Below, piece after piece: positions 1 to 13,203 of a DNA stretch of 64,000 nucleotides (position 1 is its first letter; every line of letters starts with the position of its first letter). Under the pieces are notes generated by a model. The model saw nothing but the letters and a program-made list of their open reading frames with translations. It was not told where the DNA came from and made no database searches. This DNA comes from Salpingoeca rosetta. Its lineage: Eukaryota > Protista > Choanoflagellata. Position numbers and translations under genes: made by a program. The DNA lies in the NCBI GenBank assembly GCA_033442325.1, contig JAWQFM010000024.1, positions 347,436-411,435 of the forward strand. The letters are read 5' to 3'.

Positions 1-2399
1 GCACACGCATGAGCATGCCACAAGTCCTACAGCGCACAACACTCACTCGACGCTGTTGAATGCGAGCGTGAATTTGTTGTCGCTGTATTGCCAGGACCGA
101 ACAACCGTCAAATCACGCGGCGGGCTCTGGAAGTGATGACCAATTGGCGATGAAGTTGATGAGGTGATGGAGTGATGGGTGCGGCGAGTGACGACAACAA
201 TCGCCGTCTGAGACACAAACTTGTGCGACACAAATACACACAGGCATACCCACACAGAGGCACACAAACAAACCAACAAACAAACCAGCAAACAAACAAA
301 CCAACAAACAAACAAACAAACAAACAAACAAACAAACAAACAAACAAACAAACAAACAAACAAACAAACAAACAAACAAACAAACAAACAAACAAACAAA
401 CAAACAAACAAACAAACAAACAAGTACAGGTGTCCACACCGCAATGTAGCTCTTGAGCATGACGTGGACGAGGTCCGTGTGTTTGTCAAACGTGCGCTGC
501 ACCTGTGATGAGCGCGGCGGCAGACAAGGAAGCACAAGACGCATTAACGGGGGCGTGCATGTCCGTGTGCGTTTGAGTTGAGCCATAGGCAGTGTTCTCT
601 TCGTCTGGCACGCGTTGGCACGACAACGTCAGCACACGCGCGCATGCCCGCACAAATGTATAAACAAATCAAACCGAAAACAGCACAACCGCAACACACT
701 CACACACAACACAAACACAAACACAAACACAAACACAAACACAACACAGCATGTGCACACCTTCATGCTCTGCCAGAGAGAGGAGCGAGCGCAGACTTCG
801 TCAAAGTCGTCGTGCAGAAATCGAAACAGCATCTCGGGGGAGGACCAAACAAGCCCTGGCAAACACATGGAGCGGCAGAAGAGAGAGAGAGAGAGATAAA
901 GATGAGACAGAAGTCCTCGCCCGCAGTCCAGAGGTTGGAAGGACGTGGAAACCGAGAGAGGAGAAGAGTTGGATAGTGTACACCACACAGACACGCGCAC
1001 GATTTCACGCACACGCACACAACACAAATGCATGCACACACATGCGCACACGCATACACATAATTGCGCACGACACGGGTCGCACCTTCGCACTTGTAGA
1101 TGGGCGTCTTGTTGTTGCTGCTGCTGCCTGCAAGCACAGACACGGTCACGCCATTCTGCGATGTGTGTGTGTGTGTGTGTGTGTGTAAGTCAGATGATAT
1201 CCATGCAGGGTCACGTTGGAATGGCAGTCATACGTTTCAACAACAAACACACAATCACACACAAACATACATCGGCACCGTCGTCACCATCATTCGCGTC
1301 AGTGTCATGTGCTGCACCTTATCAAAGAGATTTCGCCACATGCTGACACCGTTTGTGTTTCTGTCGTGTGTTGCAAAACGCTCCACGTCGCTCACAGCAT
1401 TCTGCCCGCGCAGTATCATGTGCTGCGCCTGCAAACAGGTATGAGGGTTGCGTGAACATGTGCGTTGTGTGTTGTGATGTGTGTTGTGTTGTGATGTGTA
1501 TTGTGATGTGTGTTGTGATGTGTGTATGTGTCAGTGAGACGTGTACAATGTGAATACATTGTGGCGTGCATGGCTCGACACACAAAAACGCATTTGCTCA
1601 CGATGGTGCTGGTCGCTGCGAGCGGGAACTGCTCAAATGACGCCTGAGTGGACGGCGCAGTCTGGGACTCTTCCTCCTCCTGTGCACCATGTTGTGCGTG
1701 TGTTTGTTTGTGTATGTTTGTGTATGTTTGTGAGCTAATGAGAAGGAGGGTGTGCACGTGTGCGAGGCTTAATTAAGCAGTCAATGCAAGCACACATACA
1801 CGGCAGCAGCACCACCACAGCAGCATGGGCTGACCGCCTGCTGGTAGAAGGCGTCTGCTGCCTCGCTCGGCGGCGTGCGGAACAGCGGCGAATCCGGCCT
1901 GCACGCATGTCAGGCATCAAGTAATCATCAGCGGAATAGATGGATGGCTGGATGGATGGATTGATTTTGGAAGTGAGACTCGTGGAGTGTTGCTCATGAG
2001 TATTTGGTCAGTGTGTGGAGCAACAACAGCAGGTGCAAGCACGTGTGCGCGATCTTACACATGCAGCGCTTCTTCCTCATCCTGAGGACGACAAACAGAG
2101 CACGAAAGGAAAAAAGGCGTGAGACAGGCATCAAGAGCGTGCCAGTTAGTCGGCACAACTCAGACATGCGCATACACAAATAACCACACACACACACACA
2201 CACAGACACACACAGACACACAGACACACACAGACACACACACACATACACACACAAACACACACACACACACACATAATCAACACACGTACGGAGTTGA
2301 TCTGTGTGCGGGCGTAGGCTGGGGCGCGTGGCGGTGTTGTCAGGGAATCAGCATTGAGGGGCCGACGAATGTGCAGCATCGAGCTCTCGTGCTGTACAG

Positions 2400-2444
<45 letters not shown>

Positions 2445-3049
2445 GGCACCACCAACGTGATGATGAGTGTGGTATCCTTGAGGATGGAAGGACCAGGTCT
2501 CAACAATGTACAGCTGACGCTTCTGCGCATGGGCAGGGTGCGTCTGTTGCCTGCGTCACGAACGCCTGACTCACGGGCCGCGTAATCTGCTGTGTTGTTG
2601 CCAAGCGGCGAACGTTCGCCGGATCAGCAATGTCCCGATAGCCGTCCGTGTACAGCATTGCTGGCAGCGCCATGGATTGGTTAAGCGCGCATGCGCATGA
2701 AGCACAGGGCACATGGTGTGAATACAAACGAACCCTCGTACACACACACATACACACACACACGCACGCACGCACGCACATACACACATGCATATGTGCG
2801 TTTGTATGGCAGCTCACCGCTATCACGCTGAAGCGGACCCAGGTTTGTCACCCACAGATAGCCCTCGACCATCGGGAATGCCAGCTCCACGATGAACATC
2901 AGGTACGCCAGGTTGTTGACCCTGAACATCAAACCAAGAGTGCGACACGTGCGCAGACAGATTGGTGCGTGTGAGCAAAGACTGTGAACGGCACGGTGGA
3001 AGCTAAACACACACACTCACACACACACACACACTCACACACACACACA

Positions 3050-3141
<92 letters not shown>

Positions 3142-3739
3142 AGACAAAGCGCACTTTGCGGTAAAGTCGAAGAAGCAGATCTTGACGACGATAAAGGCGA
3201 TGCTGCCCAGCGTGGTGATGAGCATGAAGATGAATGGAGAAGACCGCCACGGCCCATACGCCAGGATCAGCACCAACACGCGTGCAGCACCCACACACTG
3301 CACAGGCGTGCATGTCGTGTGCATGTGTGAATAAACACCATGTGCGATAGTGGGCAGGGCAATCCATGACCCCCAATATCCGCTGCTGAGACAGAGCGCA
3401 TCCTGAGCAAGATTGGCGACACCCTCGCACACACACGCGCACACACGCATGCACGGACACGCACACACACATATGAGCTATTGTGAACATACAGCAACGT
3501 CGAGAAGCGAGCGTTGAAACGTGTATCCTGTGATGCTCTTGACAAGGTCTGAGCTCTGCCAGTCGCCGCGAAAGCCCTACACACGCGCATGCACACATGA
3601 ACGTGAGAAGGCAAGTGAGAGAGACAGAACAGAAGCCCACATCACACTCTCCCTCTCGCTCGCTTGCACACACACACACACACACAGACATAGTTACCCA
3701 CACACACACAAACAGTTACCCACACACACGCAGACACAG

Positions 3740-3802
<63 letters not shown>

Positions 3803-4125
3803 TACACACACACACGCACACAGATACACACACAGATACACACAGAGATACACACACACACACAGATACACACATTCCTGCAGGCGCAACCCACGTGCAT
3901 GACGATGATCCAGATGGTGGCTGTGGCAATGAGGTCTACCAGGCACACGTAAACGAGCTGGTGCTTTGCACGGCGTATCAGGCCATCATACACGCGCCGT
4001 GCGTTCGCCAACGTGTAGTCTGTATCATACTGGACTGCCGCCCCGCCCCCAATCAACAGCGGCTGCCGCTCTCCCAGCGCACTTCCACCATCACCACCAC
4101 GATCCCTCTCTCCACCAGCCATCAT
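1..4125 (-). CDS. STARD3: STARD3/MLN64-like protein (N-terminal MENTAL 4-TM domain + C-terminal START lipid-transfer domain); multi-exon, 3' end beyond window start
   Basis: Hand-spliced exons. MENTAL-like part: [39 protein letters not shown] (~3895-4125), [25 protein letters not shown] (~3495-3577), [41 protein letters not shown] (~3155-3290), [23 protein letters not shown] (~2818-2922). These follow the MENTAL pattern (RRxFCLFVTFDLL..WII / SSYFDI..RFKVLILAYA / TT..SAFLLAK / WxE.W). START-like part: [78 protein letters not shown] (47-1430). Confidence 0.8.
265..423. repeat. (CAAA)n microsatellite, intronic
   Basis: Direct observation. Confidence 0.95.
3007..3138. repeat. (CA)n microsatellite, intronic (representative of dozens in the window)
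   Basis: Direct observation. Confidence 0.95.
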
Positions 4126-4251
4126 CAGCCACTCTCTGCTGCTCGCTTGGTGCTTGCTTGCGTATTGGAGGAAGGACAGCGACGTTGAATGGATTCTGCG
4201 TTGGTGTTTGTTGCTTCTTCTTCTTCTTCTTCTTCCACAACAACGAACGAC

Positions 4252-5889
4252 ATGGCTGCAGTGGTGCGGGCGTTGTTGGTGTGGGTGGCTGTTGTGTTTG
4301 TGGCGGCCTGGTGGAGTGGTGGTGTTGGGGTGCAGGCGCTGCGCACGTGCTCGCCGACATCGCTGGGAGAGCTGAAGCTGTTCCTGCAGAGCTCAGACTG
4401 CGAGGGCTTTGGACTAGTGGCGGTGGACCTGACGCAAACGACTGCGGAGCAAGCAGATGAGCTGGTGCCGCTGATGGTGGACAGCGAACACCTTGAGGCC
4501 CTGTCCATGGTGAGGACCGGCGTGAACGCCAACGTCATGCAGATGCTGGCCAAGGCAATACGTGCGGGTGCCAGGTTGCAGGTGCTGGACTTGTCCCATA
4601 ACCCACTCGACGAGGACAGCGTGAGCCTGCTCGCAGACGGCGTCAAGGCAAGCACGCACCTGTGGCGGCTCAACCTCATCAACTGCCATCTCACGGACGC
4701 GGCCGTGACGCTCCTGACCGTTGCCATGAACGACGCACCCAAGGCGCTCACCCACCTCAACTTCTTCCACAACAGCATCACAGAGCGGGGCGCAGCCTTG
4801 CTCGCAGCCACGCTCACCGCGCGACGCAGCATCGAGTTCCTGGACGTGGGCATGAACCCGCTTGGCGACGCGGGGGTCGGCGCGCTGAGCAGGCTCTTGC
4901 ACGCCTGCCCTTCTCTCGAGTCCCTCAGCATATCGGGCGTACAGGCGGGACTGCAGGGTGCGCAGCAGCTTGCGGGCAGCCTGGCATCCTCCAGCAGTCT
5001 CAAGCACCTCAGCTTCAGCAAGAACTACGGGCTGGGTCCAGAGGGCGGGCATGCATTCGGTACGCGGCTACGCACGGCCACCAACCTCGAGTACCTGGAC
5101 CTGAGCATGTGCAGCCTTGGCGACCAGGGTGTGGCAGCTGTGCTTGACGGGCTCCGGGATAGCACGAAGCTGAAGCGCCTTCTCCTGGCCCTGAACGACG
5201 CCACAACCAACCTTGATGTCGCGCCATTCATCATCACCCATCCTGCGCTCGAGGTGCTTGATCTCTCACACAACCGCTTCGACGATGCATGGTGTATTGG
5301 GCTCGTCAATAGCTTGCAGGCCTCTGCATGCCACTTTGAGACTGCCCTCCGTGCCCTTCGTCTCACCAAGACGGGCGTCTCTCAGCAGTGCACGGACCAG
5401 GTGTGTGTCTGTGTCTGTCGGTGCGTGTGTGTGTGTGCGTGTGTATGTGCGTGTGTGTGTGTGTCTGTCTGTCTGTCCGTCTGTCTGTCTGTGTGTGTGT
5501 GTGTGTGTGTGTGCATCTGTGTCTGTCTGTGTGTGTGTGTGTATGTGTGGCTGTCTGTCTATCTGTCTGTCTGTGCCTGAATGACTGCAACAGCAGAGCT
5601 TGCTTCTCATTGTCGCTCACCAACACGTGTGTGCAGTTGGAGAAGGTGTACGAGGGCCTGCCGTGTACTTCACACGCCAACAGTGACGTAAGTGGCACTG
5701 TTGTGGCGGCTGAACACATGCGTGCGTACATGTGTGTGTGTATGTGTGTGTATGTGTGTTCCAGCACATGTGCTGTGTCACTGTTGCTCAAGTAACACGT
5801 GCACTCGTTGCTACGTTGCCACAAGCACATCGCACCACTGTTCATACACCCATACGACATGCTCACTCACACACACACACACTCCCTCG

Positions 5890-5922
<33 letters not shown>

Positions 5923-6270
5923 CCTCGCTCACACTCACACACTCACACTACCTCGCTCACACACACACATACACACACTTATCAGGAGCACTGCAGTGCA
6001 GACACGGACGAATGTGAAGAAGCAGCGGACGAGGGCAGCAAATACAAGCTTGTACAGACAGAGTTGGTGGCCTTGCTTGCGCAGTCACGGCTGGAATCGT
6101 GTCTGGTTCCACTTGCAAATGCCGGTGTCACCAGCAAGGAGCAGCTAAAAGCAAATTGTTGTGGTCAACGCCGCGCGTGTGTGCATCGGCTGGAGCTGCC
6201 ACTGTCTTCCAAGGCAGAGACGCAACGATGGGAGACAGTGATGAACACGCTGTGCAGCGAGCTGGAATGA
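4252..6270 (+). CDS. RNI-like leucine-rich-repeat protein with N-terminal signal peptide/anchor and C-terminal SAM-like region (3 exons: ~4252-5400, 5637-5687, 5986-6270)
   Basis: Hydrophobic N-terminus [24 protein letters not shown]. About ten ~28-aa repeats of type LxxLdLsxNxlgdxGxxxL ([52 protein letters not shown]). GT-AG splicing in phase 0. Last exon contains [28 protein letters not shown] (SAM-like). Confidence 0.8.
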
Positions 6271-6676
6271 CTGTGGTTTCACATGCGTTGGTTGTGCTTT
6301 GCTGGATGCCCCAACTCTTTTGCTCGCATGTATGTATGAGGAAAGGAGGATGGATGTTGTCGCGTGTGCCGCTGTGTCTGCACTGTACTCGAGATGTTAC
6401 AACAGGCGTAGACAAAGCAGGCAAGAAGGCCGCCAGGCATAACAAGACCGACAACAGCACACAATGAAACACCCAGGCAAGACCAAACAGAATAAAACCA
6501 CAAGACACAAACACACATATAACACACACACACACACAACAACACGTGAAAACATGAATGCAAGGTCGACAACGCATCAGGGATGACGATGGTGGTGGTG
6601 ATGATGATAAACTTGGAGGGGTTGACTGGCCCAAACAAGTGTGGATGTGGGGGGTGTGGGGGGGGGGTGTAGGGCC

Positions 6677-8011
6677 TTACCAGGGCGCATCATCGCGACC
6701 CTGGATGTGCACTTCGATGGCAGCCCTGTGCACCGCCTTGTCGTGCCACTCCTGTTGAAACGACCAGTGTACAAATGTGGTGCATGACAGAAATGCAATG
6801 AGCACATGACAACTTGGCGTCTACAGCAGCGACCGCAGGTAAGAGCGGAGTACGCAGCGCGTGGTGCTTGCGCCCACAAGATAACTCCGGAAAAGGGCAG
6901 GCAGTTGTGTGATATTGCTGTCAAATACAAAGTCACCGCAGTCCCAGCCCATTGACATGAGCTGTGGCCACGCAGCGCATTTCTTGGGCAGCGAACCTTG
7001 AGGTTTGGGTAAGGGCGAATCACGCTCAGGTTGAGGGCGACAGTGATTGCGTTGACGGCCTCGAAGATGGCCATGTCGCCAAAGGTGAAGTGCACGCCTG
7101 CACCGAGACCCTTGTCTTCGTCGTTGGACGCGACGGCAAGCCTGCATTCAGCGGCAGTGAGTGCAAGTTGGTTGTGAAGTGAGCAGCGTGGCCGTGAGGT
7201 CGTGTCACAACAGGGGCGAAGATTGAATGGACAGGTGCGGTTTCCAGCAACTTGACCTTGTTTCCTGCAGCGCGCCAACCACCCCACAAAAGCACAATCA
7301 TCAACAATTGCCGCATGCTTGGACGTACTTGTCGAGGGCAGCGAACCAGACTGGCAGGACGTCCGCCTTGAACTTGCGCTGCAGGCGCATCAGCATGGTG
7401 TGACATTGCAGCAGCATCCACGCACGCAAACGTGAGAACGAGAGTTTGGCAGGACAACAAGGAATGCGGTGGTGGATGGACGTGGCAACAGCTCGAGAGC
7501 AAGCAGGACGCAAGCAAACCAAATCTGCCTGCGTCCTGGTCACACACCTTTGCATCGTTTGAACCCTCCTTGCGCATGGCCAGCGATTCACGACGAAGGT
7601 CGCACGCCTACATGTGTGCATAATATGCATGATTGTAGTGATGGTGATGATGATGGTATTGGTGGTGGTGATGGTGGTGGTTGATGTGTGAGTTGGTGTG
7701 AAATAAGTGGTTGAGGAAGGGGGAGAAAGAAGCGAACCGCACACAAGGAACCGAAGGGTAGAACAAAACACAAAGAACCGCACCAAATGAACAAGCGCAG
7801 CACTATGCATGACGAAGCAACGCCGTTAAACGCACCGCGCTGCAGAGGGAACGTGCTGTGGACCGCTCGTTCTCGTTCTCGCCAAGGTACTTGTTTGTGC
7901 CTGTGAGAAGAAGCAACAAGATGATCAACAACAGCACGTTTGGCGGTGACAACACACACACACGCACGTTGGGGGAGGGAAGCACCTGGGCCACGACCAA
8001 GTCAACGAGCC

Positions 8012-8075
<64 letters not shown>

Positions 8076-8783
8076 TGTACTTGGTTTTGCTTGCAAGCAA
8101 TCAAGATAGAGTATGCAAGGGTGAGTACCTTTTCCGGCTTTGTCTGCCATTTGCGCAATGTGCTCCAGGATGGCAGGCTCTGTAGTTATGTGTGTGGTGT
8201 ATGTGTGTACGTTGTGTGCGTATCGTGTATTGATGGGCGGTGTGAATGTCTTCTTCGTAAACTGGCAGTGCTGTGACCATCGTCACAGCGACGGTCTCAA
8301 TGATGCAGCTAACAGCAAAGGCAGATCAATGGCCCTCGCTTCACCGCCAGAGAGTTTCAATGTGTTCACAGTTCGACTTACGCTCAACAAGCTTCAGGCC
8401 ATCAAAGTCCACCATGGGCAGCTGGCCAAACAGCAGGTCACCAGCCGCGTCCATCTGTTTGAACGTCTCCTCACTCACGCCAACATCCTCGTAAGCCTGC
8501 ATTGGTCGATGGAAGTGTGCGTGCGTGCGTGCGTGCGTGCATGTGTGTGTGTGTGTACATGTGCGTGTACATGTGTGTATACATGTGCGTGTACATGTGT
8601 GTGTGTGTTTCAGTGTGAGCGAGAGAGATGCGAACGAGCAAGACAGGGAGCGAGAGGCAGGTGTGTGCACAATGCAGAGCATGCATGCACTCAGGCACTC
8701 ACGATGCCCGTGTCCTTGAACAGCATGCGGATGGCCTCTGCGTCGCCACGACGCCCGTCAAAGTAGTACAGCTTCGGTGCCAT
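6677..8783 (-). CDS. Glutathione S-transferase-like protein A (sigma/alpha/pi-like fold), 8 exons
   Basis: Spliced: MAPKLYYFDGRRGDAEAIRMLFKDTGI|AYEDVGV..GDLLFGQLPMVDFDGLKLVE|QPAILEHIAQMADKAGK|GTNKYLGENENERSTARSLCSA|ACDLRRESLAMRKEGSNDAK|RKFKADVLPVWFAALDK|LAVASNDEDKGLGAGVHFTFGDMAIFEAV..YPNLK|EWHDKAVHRAAIEVHIQGRDDAPW*. GST hallmarks: YF..RGxAExIR, GQLP, DG, TxxD N-capping box, YPNL. Confidence 0.88.
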
Positions 8784-9146
8784 GATGCTCTGGAGGCTGG
8801 TGTGTTCCTGTGAGGGAGCGTGGAGCTGTCTGTGGTGGTGTCTGTCTGTGTTGTCTGTGTTGTCGGTGTTGTGCAGTGCGCCAAGAGGAAGAAGCAAAGT
8901 GAAGCAGCAAACCAAAACAACACAAGCCGTGGTGGGCGTCACCTCCGAGATGTATGTTTCGCACAAGAATTTGCCTTGTGAAATAGTGCCGCCTTCGTAT
9001 CCACCCAGCCGAAGTGGCAATGCGCACTCACATCAACCACAACAAACAAGCGAAAGCCACTGCCTGCAAGCACAAACAACAAGACAAGCAAGCAAGCACA
9101 ACAAGCAACACCCCATCCCACACCACAACTGCTCACACGTCCGACC
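8784..9146. promoter_or_regulatory. Putative bidirectional promoter of the GST pair
   Basis: 363 bp between divergent ATGs; function inferred from arrangement only. Confidence 0.5.
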
Positions 9147-11190
9147 ATGCCTGTGCTGTACACGAACGGCAAGCGCGGCTATGCCGAGCAGATTCGCCTG
9201 ATGTTCCACGAGGTGTGTGTGTGTGTGTTGCGTGTTGTGTATGTTGTGTGTGTGTGTGTGTGCGTGTGTGTCTGTCTGTTTGTATGTCTGTTTGTCTATC
9301 TCTATTTGTATGTCTGTGTGTGTGTTTGTCTGTATGTCTGTGTGTGTGTGTCGGTGTGTCTGTCTCTGTCTGTTTGTACACCCGTGTATTCTTGAGCCCT
9401 GCCGACGTGACATGGCTCCACGTCACGCTGACAGCACTCCCACTCACTCACTCACTCACTCACTCACTCACTCATCCATGTTGCGTTGAATCCACTTGCA
9501 GGCGGGTATCAAGTTTGACGAGAAGGTGGTCGACGAAGCCGATTTTGCAAAGACGGGCAAGCTCATCTTCAACAAGCTCCCCATGCTGGACTGGGACGGC
9601 TTTACCCTCTGCGAGAGTACGTTGTGTGCACATGCTTGCGTACATGTGTGTATGCTTGCGTGCATGCCTGTATGCTTGCGCGCATGTGTGTGTGTGTGTG
9701 TGCGTGCATGTGTGTATGCTTGCGCGTATGCACCCCCCCCCCTCTCTCTCACACACACACACAGAGCTGCACACTACCGCCACACGTTCCACCATCAACA
9801 CCACCACCACCACTACCACCACCACCACCACCACCACCACCACCACGCTTATCCAGCTCACCTTTACTCACGTGTTATTCTTGCTGTGCAGGTGCCGCCA
9901 TCTTGGAGCATGTCGCCGTCAAGGCTGATGAGCGTGAGTCTTGAGACATTGGGAACGTGTGTGTTCAGCCTGCAGCCAGCCTGCCAACCCTCTCATCGCA
10001 TGTAGTTCTTGTCCTCGTTTCTACCTCTTACACGCCCGCTTTGCGCCGTGTGCCCCACTTGCTATTGTTTGCCACTTTCTCCTTGTCACAGAGGGCTCTG
10101 GTCGCGGCAACACATATCTCGGTGGCAACGAGGACGAACGCTCCCTTGCACGCTCCCTCGCCTACGGCGTGCGTTTCAAAACAGCCCCATCACACCCTTT
10201 GCTCTCGTAGCTGGTCGTGCTGTTCGTTTCTGCACCACACACACATATATACACACACCAGTGGCACATGTCTGTGAAGAACGGCGACACAACAATGTTG
10301 TCAATCTCTGCACCATCACTTGGGCATGACCCCCCCCCCCTCTTCAGCACCTCTGCTCCTCTGTTTGCCCCAGAACACGGCGCCAACCATAACCATACCT
10401 GCTTTCCCCATGTAGGCGAACCAGCTCCGTCGCCAGCTGTATGAGCAGTACCTGGACATGGGTCCCAAGCAGAACCAGAGCGCGTTCACACAAACCACGC
10501 TGCCCGCCTGGCTCTCACACCTCAACAAGTGCGCTGCCATATTGTTGTGCGCGTAGACAGCAGAGCGACCGAGCTGTACAGCACACCACATGCCCGTGCG
10601 CTTGTACACACAGACCTACACACACGCTTCGTGTCTCACAATACACCACGACACCCCATCTAAATTAGGCTTGCGGTGACCACGGAGTCTGACGACCTTG
10701 GGCTTGGGCCCGGTGTCAACTTCACCTTTGGCGATGTCGCCATGTTTGACGCGCTGGACCAGGTTGTCACCGTCTTTGGTGAGAGCGTCCTCGCCGACTA
10801 CAGAGAGCTCAAGGTGCGTGCTGTCCCCGCGTTCATTTGCTTCAACCCCCCACAGTGACACTGACGCCCCTGCCTTGCTGTTCTACTTACTTGCACGCTT
10901 CCAGCCGTGCTTGCATGTGTGTGTGTGTGTGTCATTTCATTGCATCCAAAATGGTTTGGAGACAACTGCAGCATGAACGAAGCAGCACCCACCTTGTTTC
11001 CCGCTACCTCCCAGCACCATTCCGAAGTGGCATCACGCTTTTCAAAACCCAACACCTCACCGCCGCCACTCGCTCCACTGACACCACTGCTGCTTTGATC
11101 CTCCAGGCTTACTTCGACCGCTGTGCCACCCGCCCTCGCTTCCGCATGTTCCTCGCCAACCGCCCCGAGCGCGCCACGTCTGCGCAGTAA
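9147..11190 (+). CDS. Glutathione S-transferase-like protein B, paralog of the adjacent minus-strand GST, 7 exons
   Basis: Spliced: MPVLYTNGKRGYAEQIRLMFHE|AGIKFDEK..LIFNKLPMLDWDGFTLCE|SAAILEHVAVKADE|QGSGRGNTYLGGNEDERSLARSLAYG|ANQLRRQLYEQ..TLPAWLSHLNK|LAVTTESDDLGLGPGVNFTFGDVAMFDAL..YRELK|AYFDRCATRPRFRMFLANRPERATSAQ*. Confidence 0.88.
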
Positions 11191-11428
11191 CCTGTACGCT
11201 GCAGTCCTGTGCGTTGTGTTGCGGCGTGAGCATTACATTCAAGGCCTCGCATGACTCACACATGAAGCAACACCATCGCATCTTCGCTTGTCAAGTCATC
11301 CGGTTCTCCTTTCTTTCTTCACCTTCTTCGTGCGTGCTCTTCGCCGCATGTGGCATCATTGTCGTCTGTGCATGTTGTGTGATGTGATATTGCTTTGTAT
11401 GTGCGTGTGTATGTGTGTGTGTGTGTAT

Positions 11429-11467
<39 letters not shown>

Positions 11468-11589
11468 CTTGCTGTCGTGAATCCCCGCCTCCCATCTATT
11501 GTGTCTTCCCTTTTTCCACCATGCATGATGTGTGTATGCGTTTACCACAATAAAGCACTCATTGGTTCTCAAGCCACGGCACAACAAAA

Positions 11590-11650
<61 letters not shown>

Positions 11651-11899
11651 ACACACACACACTGACACGACACGAGACACGTAGAGCGCTCACAAGAAGG
11701 GATATGTATGCAAGGCAAGCCTGCAAGGTGCCAAGGACAGAAGCTCAGTTGACAGGAAGCAAGCCAAAGCCGTGACACTAGCACGAGCGCAGTGCTGTTT
11801 ACTGTGGGCGCAGGCGATGCACGGGCACACCGCAAGGCGAAGTGACACACCGACACGACGACAAGGCATCGTCAAGGCATATCATTACATGGTTTTACA

Positions 11900-12559
11900 T
11901 TACGCCATACCAAACTTGCGCCTGATCTTGCGGAGGGCATCTGCAAGGTGCGCTGGCATGCGGCTGATCTCTTCCTCAGACATGCGCAGCGCCGTCTCAA
12001 TGACCTCCTTCTTATCCAGCTCTGCACCAAGGGCGAGGGGCGGGGAGATGCATGGAGGAGGGCGTCAGCATGAGAGTGTAGTGTGTAAGTGACAGAAAAA
12101 CACACGGGTGCACGCATGAACATGCAGATAGACTGACACACAGACACACAAAAACACAGACACACACAGGCACAGATGCATACATACACGCACACACACA
12201 CACACATACAAACACAGGCACAGATGCATATATACACGTACGCACACACACATACAGCCACGATGCAAGGGAACGTACGTGGCTGGCCCGGTATGGGTGC
12301 TGCAGAGGAGGGAGCCGCGCTCGAGTGCGGTGGCGGTGGCGGGACGCCTGCAGGCTGCATCGGCGGCTGTCGCCCAGCGTGCATGTGCTGCGGTGGCGGC
12401 GGCGGCGCCCCACGTCGCCCAGCATCGTGCTCTGCACAGTGCACACACGCAAGGCCGGAAAGAATGCGAGGTGGGTCCATATATGGGCGAATGAGAGAGC
12501 GTGTGTGTGTGCATGTGTGTGTGTGCATGTGTGTGTGTGTGTGTGCATGTGTGTGTGTG

Positions 12560-12620
<61 letters not shown>

Positions 12621-13128
12621 ATATGTGCGCGTGTGTCAGCACCATCATCACCTGCGAGACAAAGAGACTGAAAATAAATCAACGGTGAGACTCCCCCCCC
12701 CCCCACCTCCCCGCCTTCTCTTTCCTTCCCATCATACGATAGCCCGCAACCCCACCTGGATGCCTGTGCCTGTCCCTGCGGTCATCCGGGTACCCGCCCC
12801 TGTGCGGTGGTGGTGGCCCACCCCGACGGCCCGCGTCGTACGGCGGTGCTGCAGCGTGCCGGTCATATGGCGGGTATGCTGGCTCGTATGCCTCCCGGCG
12901 CGCCACGGGTGCTGCTTGTGGCGGTGGAGGCCCGGCCCGCTCGTATCCGCGGTCGTACACGTCGCGCGCAGGCATGCGCTGCTCCCGCGCGGCTGGCACA
13001 CCTGTGCATACACGCGTGCATGTGCATGTGAGTGTGTATTGACGTGTGCATGTGTGGGTGAGAGTGAGCGTACACAGGGATTGAGCACGTGTGATTGTCG
13101 TCAATGAAGTCAACAAGAGGACAAGAGG

Positions 13129-13203
<75 letters not shown>

